Positions 53,001-63,408 of a stretch of 64,000 bases of DNA are shown in pieces. The number at the start of each line of letters is the position of its first letter. Within the stretch, counting starts at the first letter, position 1. The notes below the pieces were generated by a model. The model made no database searches. It saw nothing but the letters and a program-made list of their open reading frames with translations, and was not told the origin of the DNA. The translations under genes and the position numbers were made by a program. The DNA comes from Eledone cirrhosa (Eukaryota): NCBI GenBank assembly GCA_964016885.1, contig OZ024742.1:5456001-5520000 (forward strand), written 5' to 3'.

Positions 53001-56000
53001 GTCCTGGAGGTATAACTGTGCTGGAGGTATTACTGTCCTGGAGGTATAACTGTGCTGGAGGTATTACTGTCCTGGAGGTATAAGTGTCCTGGAGGTATAA
53101 CTGTCCTGGAGATTTTACTGTCCTGGGGGTATAACTGTCCTGGAGGTATTACTGTCCTGGAGGCATAACTGTCCTGGAGGTATTACTTTCCTGGACGTAT
53201 AACTGTCCTGGATTTATTACTGTCCTGGAGTATTACTGTCCTGGAGGTATTACTATCCTGGAGGTATAACTTTCCTGGAGGTATTACTGTCATGGAGGTA
53301 TTACTGTCCTGGAGGTATAATACCTCCATGACAGTAATACCTCCAGGACAGTTATACCTCCAGGATAGTAATAATCCCTGACAGTAATACCTCCAGTACA
53401 GTTATTCGTCCAGGACAGTTCCAAGGACAGTTATACCACCAGGACAGTAATACCTCCAGGACAGTAATATCTCCAGGACAGTTACACTTCCAAGGACAGT
53501 TATACCACCAGGACAGTAATACCTCCAGGACAGTAATACCTCCAGGACAGTTATACCCCCAGGACAGTAAAATCTCCAGGACAGTTATACCTCCAGGACA
53601 GTTATACCTCCAGGACAGTAATACACCCAGGACAGTAATACCTCCAGGACAGTTATACCTCCAGGATAGTAATACCTCTAGGACAGTAATAATCCCTGAC
53701 AGTAATACCTCCAGTACAGTTATACGTCCAGGAGAGATATACCTCCAGGACTGTAATACCTCCAGGACTGTAATATCTCCAGGACAGTTATACCTCCAGG
53801 ACAGTTATACCTCCAGGACAGTAATACCTCCAGCACAGTAATACCTCCAGGATAATTATAGTTCCAGGACAGTAATACCTCCAGGACAGTAATACCGCCA
53901 AGACAGTTATATCTCCAGGACAATAATATCTCCGGGACAGTTATACCTCCAGGATAGTTATACCTCTAGGAGAGTTATACCTCCAGGTCAGTAATACCGC
54001 CAGGACAGTTATACCTCCTGGTCACTAATACCGCCAGGACAGTTATACCTCCTGGACAGTAATTCCGCCAGGACAGTTATACCTCCTGGACAGTAACACC
54101 TCCAGGGCAGTTATACTCCAGGACAGTAATACCTACAGGACAGTAATACCGCCAGGACAGTTATATCTCCAAGACAGTTATACCTCCAGGACAGTAATAC
54201 CTCCAGGATAATTATAGTTCCAGGACAGTAACACCGCCAGGACAGTAATACCTCCAGGACAGTTACACCTCCAAGGACAGTTATACCACCAGGACAGTAA
54301 TACCTCCAGGACAGTAATACCTCCAGGACAGTTATACCTCCAGGACAGTAATACGTCCTGGAGGTATTACTATCCTGGAGGTATAACTTTCCTGGAGGTA
54401 TTACTGTCATGGAGGTATTACTGTCCTGGAGGTATAATTGTCCTGGAGGTATTACTGTCCTGCAAGGTATTACTGTCCTGGAGATTTTACTGTCCTGGAG
54501 ATATTACAGTCCTGGAGGTATTACAGTCCTGGAGGTATATCTCTCCTGGACGTATAACTGTACTGGATGTATTACTGTCAGGGATTATTACTGTCCTGGA
54601 GGTATTACTATCCTGGAGGTATAACTATCCTGGAGGTATTACTGTCATGGAGGTATTGATGTCCTGGAGGTATAATTGTCCTGGAGGTATTACTGTCCTG
54701 GGGGTATAACTGTCCTGAAGGTATTACTGTCCTGGAGGTATAAGTGTTCTGGAGGTATTACTGTCCTGGTGGTATAACTGTTCTTGGAGGTGTAACTCTC
54801 CTGGAGGTATTACTGTCCTGGAGATATTACTGTCCTGGAGGTATAACTGTCCTGGAGATATTACTGTCATGGGCGTATAACTGCCCTGGAGGTATTACTG
54901 TCCTGCAAGTATTACTGTCCTGGGGGTATACCTGTCCTGGAGATATTACTGGCCTGGAGTATTACTGTCCTGGAGGTATAACTGTGCTGGAGGTATTAGT
55001 GTCCTGGAGGTATAACTGTCCTGGAGGTATAACTGTCCTGGAGATATTACTGTCCTGGAGGTATTACAGTCCTGGAGGTATATCTCTCCTGGACGTATAA
55101 CTGTACTGGAGGTATTACTGTCAGGGATTATTACTGTCCTGTAGGTATTACTGTCCTGGAGTATAACTGTCCTGGAGGTATTACTGACCAGGAGGTATAA
55201 CTGTCCCTGAGATATTACTGTCCTGGAGATATAACTGCCTTGGCGGTATTACTGTCCTGGAACTATAATTATCCTGGAGGTATTACTGTCCTGGAGGTAT
55301 AAGTATCCTGGAGGGTTAACTGTCCTGGAGGTATAACTGTCCTGGAGATATAACTGTCCTGACGGTATTACTGTCCTGTAGGTAATACTGTCCTGGAGGT
55401 ATAACTGTCCTGGAGGTGTTACTGTCCATGAGATATAACTGTCCTGGCGGTATTACTGTCTAGGAGGTATAACTGTCCTGGCGGTATTACTGTCCAGGAG
55501 GTATAACTGTCCTGGCTGTATAACTGATCTGGAGGTATTACTGTCCTGGAGGTATAACTGACCTGGAAGTATAACTGTCCTGGAGGTATAACTGTCCTGG
55601 AGATAATACAGTCCTGGAGGTATTATAGTCCTGGAGGTATATCTCTCCTGGACGTATAACTGTACTGGAGGTCTTACTGTCAGGGATTATTACTGTCCTG
55701 GAGGTATTACTATCCTGGAGGTATAACTGACCTGGAGGTATTACTGTCCAGGAGATATTACCTTCCTGGGGGTATAACTGTCCTGGAGGTATTTCTGTCC
55801 TGGAGGTATTACTGTCCTGGAGGTTTAACTGTCCTGGAGGTATTACTGTCCTGGAGATATTACTGGCCTGGAGTATTACTGTCCTGGAGGTATAACTGTG
55901 CTGGAGGTATTACTGTCCTGGAGGTATAACTGTCCTGGAGGTATAACTGTCCTGGAGATATTACAGTCCTGGAGGTATTACAGTCCTGGAGGTATATCTC

Positions 56001-59000
56001 TCCTGGACGTATAACTGTACTGGAGGTATTACTGTCAGGGATTATTACTGTCCTGGAGATTTTACTGTCCTGGGGGTATTACTGTCCTGGAGGTTTTACT
56101 GTCCTGGAGGTATTACTGTCCTGGTGGTATAACTGTCCTTGGAAGTGTAACTGTCCTGGAGGTATTACTGTCAGGGATTATTGCTGTCCTGGAGGTATTA
56201 CTATCCTGGAGGTATTACTGTCATGGAGGTATAACTGTGCTGGAGGTATTACTGTCATGGAGGTATTACTGTCCTGGATTTATTACTGTCCTGGAGTATT
56301 ACTGTCCTGGAGGTATTACTGTCATGGAGGTATTACTGTCATGGAGGTATAACTGTCCTGGAGTATTACTGTCCTGGAGGTATTACTGTCCTGCAAGGTA
56401 TTACTGTCCTGGAGATTTTACTGTCCTGGAGGTATTACTGTCCTGGAGATTTTACAGTCCTGGAGGTATTACAGTCCTGGAGGTATATCTCTCCTGGACG
56501 TATAACTGTACTGGATGTATTACTGTCAGGGATTATTACTGTCCTGGAGGTATTACTGTCCTGGAGTATAACTGTCCTGGAGGTATTACTGTCCTGGAGG
56601 TATTACTGTCTTGGAGATTTTACTGTCCTGGGGGTATAACTGTCCTGGAGGTATTACTGTCCTGGAGGTATAACTGTTCTGGAGGTATTACTGTCCTGGA
56701 GGTATAACTGTCCTGGAGGTATAACTGTCCTGGATGTATTACTGCCCTGGTGGTATAACTGTCCTTGGAGGTGTAACTGTCCTGTAGGTATTACTGTCCT
56801 GGCGGTGTTACTGTCCTGGAACTATAATTATCCTGGAGGTATAACTGTCCTGGAGGTTTAACTGTCCTGGAGGTATAACTGTCCTGGAGGTATTACTGTC
56901 CTGGTGGTATAACTGTCCTTGGAGGTGTAACTGTCATGGAGGTATAACTGTCCTGGCGGTATTACTGTCCTGTAGGTATTACTGTCCTGGAGTATAACTA
57001 TCTTGGAGGTGTTACTGTCCAGGAGGTATAACTGTCCTGGCGGAATTACTGTCCAGGAGGTATAACTGTCCTGGCGGTATTACTGACCAGGAGCTATAAC
57101 TCTCCTGGAGGTATAACTGTCCTGGAGATATAACTGTCTTGGCGGTATTACTGTCCTGGAACTATAATTATCCTGGAGGTATTACTGTCCTGGAGGTATA
57201 AGTATCCTGGAGGTTTAACTGTCCTGGAGGTATAACTGTCCTGGAGATATAACTGTCCTGACGGTATTACTGTCCTGTAGGTATTACTGTCCTGGAGGTA
57301 TAACTGTCCTGGAGCTGTTACTGTCCAGGAGGTATAACTGTCCTGGCGGTATTACTGTCCAGGAGATATAACTGTCCTGGCGGTATTACTGTCTAGGAGG
57401 TATAACTGTCCTGGCTGTATAACTGACCTGGAGGTATTACTGTCCTGGAGGTATAACTGACCTGGAGGTATAACTGTCCTGGAGGTATAACTGTCCTGGA
57501 GTTATAACTGTCCTGGAGATATTACAGTCCTGGAGGTATTATAGTCCTGGAGGTATATCTCTCCTGGACGTATAACTGTACTGGAAGTCTTACTATCATG
57601 GATTATTACTGTCCTGGAGGTATTACTATCCTGGAGGTATAACTGTCCTGGAGGTATTACTGTCATGGAGGTATTACTGTCCTGGAGGTATTACTGTCCT
57701 GGGGGTATAATTGTCCTGGAGGTATTACCGTCCTGGAGGTATTACTGTCCTGGAGATTTTACTGTCCTGGGGGTATACCTGTCCTGGAGATATTACTGTC
57801 CTGGAGTATTACTGTCCTGGAGGTATAACTGTGCTGGAGGTATTACTGTCCTGGAGGTCTAACTGTCCTGGAGGTATAACTGTCCTGGAGATATTACAGT
57901 CCTGGAGGTATTACAGTGCTGGAGGTATATCTCTCCTGGACGTATAACTGTACTGGAGTTATTACTGTCAGGGATTATTACTGTCCTGGAGGTATTACTG
58001 TCCTGGAGGTATAATTGTCCTGGAGGTATTACTGTCCTGGAGGTATTACTGTCCTGGAGATTTTACTGTCCTGGGCGTATGACTGTCCTGGAGGTATTAC
58101 TGTCCTGGGGGTATAACTGTTCTGGAGGTATTACTGTCCTGGAGGTATAACTGTCCTGGAGGTATAACTGTCCTGGAGGTATTACTGTCCTGGTGGTATA
58201 ACTGTCCTTGGAGGTGTAACTGTCCTGGAGGTATTACTGTCCTGGCGGTGTTACTGTCCTGGAACTATAATTATCCTGGAGGTATTACTGTCCTGGAGGT
58301 ATAACTGACCTGGAGGCATTACTGTCCTGGAGTATAACTGTCCTGGAGGTGTTACTGTCCAGGAGGTATAACTGTCCTGGAGGAATTACTGTCCAGGAGG
58401 CATAACTGTCCTGGCGGTATTACTGACCTGTAGGTATAACTCTCCTGGAGGTATAACTGTCCCGGAGATATTACTGTCCTGGAGATATAACTGTCTTGGC
58501 GGTATTACTGTCCTGGAACTATAATTATCCTGGAGGTATTACTGTCCTGGAGGTATAAGTATCCTGGAGATATAACTGTCCTGACGGTATTACTGTCCTG
58601 TAGGTATTACTGTCCTGGAGGTATAACTGTCCTGGAGGTGTTACTGTCCAGGAGGTGTAACTGTCCTGGCGGTATTACTGTCCAGGAGATATAACTGTCC
58701 TGGCGGTATTACTGTCCTGGAGGTATAACTGTCCTGGCGTTAGAACTGACCTGGAGGTATAACTCTCCTAGAGGTATAACTGTCCTGGGGGTATAACTGT
58801 CCTGGAGATATAACTGTCCTGGCGGTATTACCGTCCAGGAGCTATAACTGTCTGTCCTGGAGGTATTACTGTGCTGGATGTATAACTGTCCTGGAGTATT
58901 ACTGTCCTGGAGGTATAACTGTCCTGGAGGTATTACTCTCCTGGAGGTATAACTGTCCTGGAGGTATTACTGTCCTGGAGTATTACTGTCCTGGAGGTAT

Positions 59001-60556
59001 AACTGTCCTGGAGGTATTACTATCCTGGAGGTATAACTGTCCTGGAGGTATTACTCTCCTGGAGGTATAACTGTCCTGGAGGTATTACTGTCCTGGAGTA
59101 TTACTGTCCTGGAGGTATAACTGTCCTGGAGGTATTACTCTCCTGGAGGTATAACTGTCCTGGGGGTATTACTCTCCTGGAGGTATAACTGTCCTGGAGT
59201 ATTACTGTCCTGGAGGTATTACTGTCTTGGAGGTATAACTGTCCTGGAGGTATTACTGTTCTGGAGGTATAACTCTCCTGGAGGTATGACTGTCCTGGAT
59301 ATATAACTCTCCTGGAGGTATAACTGTCCTGGAGGTAGTACAGTCCTGGAGTTTCACTGTCCTGGAGGTATTACTCTCCTGTCGGTATTACTGTCCTGGA
59401 ACTATAATTATCCTGGAGGTATTACTGTCCTGTAGGTATTACTGTCCTGGAGGTATAACTGTCCTGGAGGTGTTACGGTCCAGGAGATGTAACTGTCCTG
59501 GCGGTATTACTGTCCAGGATATATAACTGTCCTGGCGGTATTACTGTCCTGGAGGTATAACTGTCCTGGCCGTTTTACTGTCCCGGCGGTATTACTGTCC
59601 AGGAGGTATAACTCTCCCAGAGGTATAACTGTCCTGGAGGTATAATTGTCCTGGAGATATAACTGTCCTGGCGCTATTACTGTCCAGGAGCTATAACTGT
59701 CTGTCCTGGAGGTATAACTGTCCTGGAGGTATAACTGTCCTGGAGGTATAACTGTCCTGGAGATATAACTGTCCTGGAGGTTTAACTGTCCTGGAGGTAT
59801 AACTCTCTGTCCTGGTGGTATAACTGTCCTGGAGGTGTAACTCTCCTGGAGATATTATTGTCCAGGAGGTATAACTGTCCTGGAGATATTACCTTCTTGG
59901 TGGTATAACTGTCCTGGGGATATAATTGTCCTGGAGGTATTACTATCCTGGAGGTTTAACTGTCCTGGAGGTATAACTGTCCTTGGAAGTGTAACTGTCC
60001 TGGAGGTATTACTGTCCTGGAGATATTACTGTCCTGGGGGTATACCTGTCCTGGAGGCATTACTGTCCTGGAGTATTACTGTCCTGGAGGTATTACTGTC
60101 CTGGAGGTATAACTGTCCTGGAGGTATAACTGTCCTGGGGGTATTACTGTCCTGGATGTATAACTGTCCTGGAGATATTACAGTCCTGGAGGTATTACTG
60201 TACTGGAGGTATAACTCTCCTGGAGGTATTACTGTCCTGGAGATATTACTGTCCTGGGGGTATAACTGTCCTGGAGGTATTACTGTCCCGGATTATTACT
60301 CTCCTGGAGGTATTACTATCCTGGAGGTATAACTGTCCTCGTGGTATTACTGTCCTGGAGGTATTACTGTCCTGGAGGTATTACTGTCCTGGAGATTTTA
60401 CTGTCCTGGGGCTATAACTGTCCTGGAGTATTACTGTGCTGGAGGTATAACTGTTCTGGAGGTATAACTGTCCTGGAGGTATTACTGTCCTGGAGGTATA
60501 ACTCTACTGGACGTATAATTGTCCTGGAGGTATAACTGTCCCGGAGGTATTACTGT
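35071..60556 (+). repeat. 17-bp satellite array, block C (paralogous to A up to 52726, then non-duplicated distal array)
   Basis: Same variant order as block A at offsets of ~27.4-27.7 kb; ends at ...GGTATTACTGT|ATTTGGC. Confidence 0.98.
53322..54354 (-). repeat. Inverted satellite segment
   Basis: Units read TACCTCCAGGACAGT, the reverse complement of the array. The segment is flanked by the direct repeat 53238-53321 / 54355-54438. Confidence 0.95.
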
Positions 60557-60588
60557 ATTTGGCTTCGTTTATTACAAATTATAGGTAT

Positions 60589-60643
60589 ACTGCTATATAT
60601 ATTTTGGTGACAGCCATCATTGGCTGTGACCTCTTCAGGCAGT
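60589..60643 (-). ncRNA. Degenerate type I hammerhead ribozyme (GAAA changed to AAAA)
   Basis: The minus strand reads ACTGC-CTGAAGA-GGTCACAGCCA atga TGGCTGTCACC-AAAA-TATATA-TA-GCAGT, with AATAAA ~16 nt downstream. Confidence 0.7.
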
Positions 60644-60835
60644 CCGAATTGGTGTTGGAAAGACAGGTACGCATGTTGTTGAAGTGTGTTTTACTCCGCC
60701 AATCCATCGATATGACCAGCTCCTGGTAGTGTTGTTATTTCTCTGAGGAAATGGAATCATATATATGATATGTGATTCCAGTTTTACATATTTGAGTTAA
60801 TTATTTTATACATATATATATATATATATATATAT

Positions 60836-61048
60836 AAGTGGTTACACAACAGTTAGTTCACCATACCGAGAACAATTGTTTCACCTTAGCGTATCCTTAG
60901 CTCGTGGATTACGAGCTGAGGATCCGCTAAGGTGAAACAATTGTTCTCGGTATGGTGAACTAACTGTTGTGTAACCACTTCTACCTAACTCGTCCCATGG
61001 ATTGAGTGCTCTACCACTACGGATATTACTTTCCAGTGTTCTACCACT
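60836..61048 (+). mobile_element. Miniature Penelope-like insertion: 70-bp-arm palindrome plus 3' tail, between (TA)n tracts
   Basis: 60836-60905 is the reverse complement of 60911-60980 with 2 mismatches and a 5-nt loop. It contains a minimal hammerhead. Confidence 0.65.
60912..60949 (+). ncRNA. Minimal type I hammerhead ribozyme
   Basis: Reads CGAG-CTGAGGA-TCCGCTAAGGT-GAAA-CAATTG-TT-CTCG, with a palindromic stem III and a GUU cleavage triplet at 60943-60945. Confidence 0.7.
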
Positions 61049-61149
61049 ATATATATATGTATATATCGAAGGTATATATTGAGTTAGAAACTCAAAATAG
61101 TCTCTTACAGTTTTTTAATATATTTAGAAGTTTCCAAGATACTAATTAT

Positions 61150-61228
61150 TCACCCACTGATGAGCAAGTATCGGTGTTCCTCTTCACAATTAATTTTGCG
61201 AAACAGATGACCAAAGCTGTCTGGGTGA
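61150..61228 (+). ncRNA. Canonical type I hammerhead ribozyme
   Basis: Stem I is TCACCCA/TGGGTGA (7 bp). CTGATGA is at 61157-61163, stem II is GCAA/TTGC, GAAA is at 61200-61203, and stem III is CAG/CTG with a 10-nt loop. The GTC site predicts cleavage after 61221. Confidence 0.85.
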
Positions 61229-61913
61229 TTGGGAGTTACCACAATTCCGGTATGTATTTATTTTCTTGATTTATTCTAAAATTGAATCTGGCAAACCCTA
61301 TTGTTTATAGTTAATATTCTTTTGACCTTAGCGATTCTGGTCCCTTACGATTTGAACACATGATGAATAGCTCTTGTTTATTTTAACATGTCTGTTGAGC
61401 ACTCTGATTCGATATGTGATATTTTGTATTCTTACATAATTTACACATCACCGAATTCTTTCGCTAATATAGGGGTTCCCTCCCTTGCTGAATACCATGT
61501 GCGTTTTTTGGCTTAGGGTCCTCTCTGTATTATGGAACGAAATACTCGTTGAAGAAGCCTTTCCTCGTTCATCTCTTCTCTAGAAGTCTTATATATTTTT
61601 TATGTGGGCTGATAGTGATTGGATTAAGGAATTGCAGAAACCCAAGAAGCTAGATTTAACATCTTTCTAGCGGGTCTGGGTGAGTTTTTTACATTCATTT
61701 AATTTATTAATTTATTGATATTTTATTTGAGTGACCCGAATCTTCCTGGTCGTTCTTTTTCGGCTGCATGGGTGATTTTAGGCATGATCTCTATGTGTTG
61801 GTATTTTAACGAGTTATAGCTCTGATTTTTCCAAATTATTGAGCCCTCTGCCACATATATCGGATATTGTTTATCGTGATTTCGTGGGCTGATATTCCGA
61901 TTCTCGATTATTC

Positions 61914-61916
<3 letters not shown>

Positions 61917-61979
<63 letters not shown>
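61917..61979. repeat. (TA)n microsatellite
   Basis: Directly visible, about 31 units. Confidence 0.98.
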
Positions 61980-61983
<4 letters not shown>

Positions 61984-62239
61984 ATAACAGATTAAAGTGT
62001 AAGCAAAGAATCGCTGCTTTCACCCTTAACGGGATCTTCTGAAACAAAAAAAATCAATCTGTGAACGCAGAAGTAAATATTTGGAAAAACGTTGCAACCG
62101 AAGGAAAACAGGTTGACGATACTTTTGTTCATGAAGACGTTCCCTGGCAATGAACGGAAAATAGCGAAGATAATACGTCAGATATGAGAACAATGTTTTC
62201 ATAATGTCGTAATGCAGACAGCCAGACATACATTATAAG

Positions 62240-62498
62240 GGCGCGACGTTATAGCTATGTAACTATTTAAAAAGACAGACTAAGAAAGAGAGAGAGAGAG
62301 ATCGCTAACTGGCGCCTAACACCCCTTTAACAACAGAAAATTGAAAAATAAAAGCTGCAGTTAATATCTTTAGACCGCAAGGAATATATAAATGCAAGTT
62401 TGAAGTAAATCGGAGTAGAAATGTGGATTTGTATAGACTTTGCAAAACTTAGGACTCACACACAGACAATTTCAGTTTTATATATATGTATATATATA
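62240..62498 (-). mobile_element. Possible non-autonomous Helitron-like 5' end
   Basis: The minus strand TATATATAAAACTGAAATTGTCTGTGTGTG...TACAAATCCACATTTCTACTCCGATTTACTTCAAACTTGCA resembles invertebrate Helitron/HINE termini, from recollection only. No CTAG or hairpin 3' end was found. Confidence 0.35.
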
Positions 62499-62581
62499 CA
62501 ATACATATAAAATGTATATCGATATTGTCTCTGAGTATGAAGGTCAATGAACTTCAGTGATCTATAGTACTTATATACTTA

Positions 62582-62662
62582 AGGGGTCGATAAAATAAAG
62601 TACCAGTAATACACTGGGTTAATTGCTCGCCTTGTACCAAAAGTAGAAACAATTATTGTTAT
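62582..62662 (+). mobile_element. SINE 3' remnant (Nin/Deu-domain-like, of the type abundant in octopus)
   Basis: GGGGTCGATAAAATAAAGTACCAG...CACTGGG...CCTTGTACCAAAAGTAGAAACAATTATT with an ATT-type tail; recognised from memory. Confidence 0.55.
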
Positions 62663-62709
62663 TCTGAACTGAAGTTTCTTGAGCGTTGTACTGAGAAACG
62701 TTATCAATC

Positions 62710-63320
62710 TACGAGGGTAAGTAAAAAATGATCCGCAATTTTGCCATATTTAGGTTTATCACACTACCTTTGCTCATGTGTGCTTATATTTGGTACTAAT
62801 GTGGACACGTGATCGAAGTTTGAGCTTGATCACACCAGTTTCCTTGTTGCTGTTAGTGTAAACATGGCCGCTCCACTGGCAGTGTGTACCGAAGAGTAAC
62901 AGAGAGCAGTGATCCGATTTCTCTGGTCAGAAGGTGTGTCGGCCTGAAATTGATCAGAGTCTTTTAACACAATACAGCGACAGTGAACTACCGCGTAGAA
63001 GTGTGTATGAATAGATAGAAAAGTTTAAAAGTGGCCAGACAAACGTGACGTCCGAAGAAGGAGCAGGGCACCCGTCAACCTCGATCATTGACCAGAAGAT
63101 TCGGCAAGCTGGAGAGATGGTGAACCGACGAGTTATCATCGATGAAGTAGTATGTTCACTACAGATTAGGCATGGTTCTGCCTATCAAATCACCCACGAC
63201 AAGTGGTGCATAAATAGTTGCGCGACCAACCAAAAACTTTCTTCTTGGAGAGAATACGCAAGAAGACACCTGAACTAAGTCGGAAAGGTGGGAGGCTATG
63301 TAGAAAATAATGTACTTCTT
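62710..63320 (+). mobile_element. Internally deleted mariner DNA transposon
   Basis: It has a TA+CGAGGG TIR-like start. From ATG 62864 it reads MAAPLAVCTEE*QRAVIRFLWSEG..SVYE*IEKFKSGQTNVTSEEGAGHPSTS, fused to the C-terminal LRDQPKTFF...GGYVEN. The DDD catalytic region is missing and no right TIR was seen. Confidence 0.8.
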
Positions 63321-63408
63321 TAAACCCCGTTTTTACCTCCTTTCTTTTAATTACTGTATGCTGAAGCTGGCGCATTACTGCATTAGCTTTTGCAATTCTT
63401 GCACTTAA

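Noticed and set aside
7743-60535. Many ORFs such as [17 protein letters not shown] and [17 protein letters not shown]
   Set aside because: These are translations of three 17-bp units cycling through frames. They occur on both strands and are broken by frequent stops and frame-shifting variants.
7385-60556. CRISPR array
   Set aside because: Units are head-to-tail with no unique spacers, there are no cas genes, and the context is eukaryotic transposons.
60743-60783. CTGAGGA followed by hairpin TGGAATCA...TGATTCCA as another hammerhead
   Set aside because: No GAAA follows the stem and there is no convincing stem I or III.
61006-61269. 87-aa ORF
   Set aside because: It is low complexity, crosses a (TA)n tract and element boundaries, and overlaps the hammerhead.
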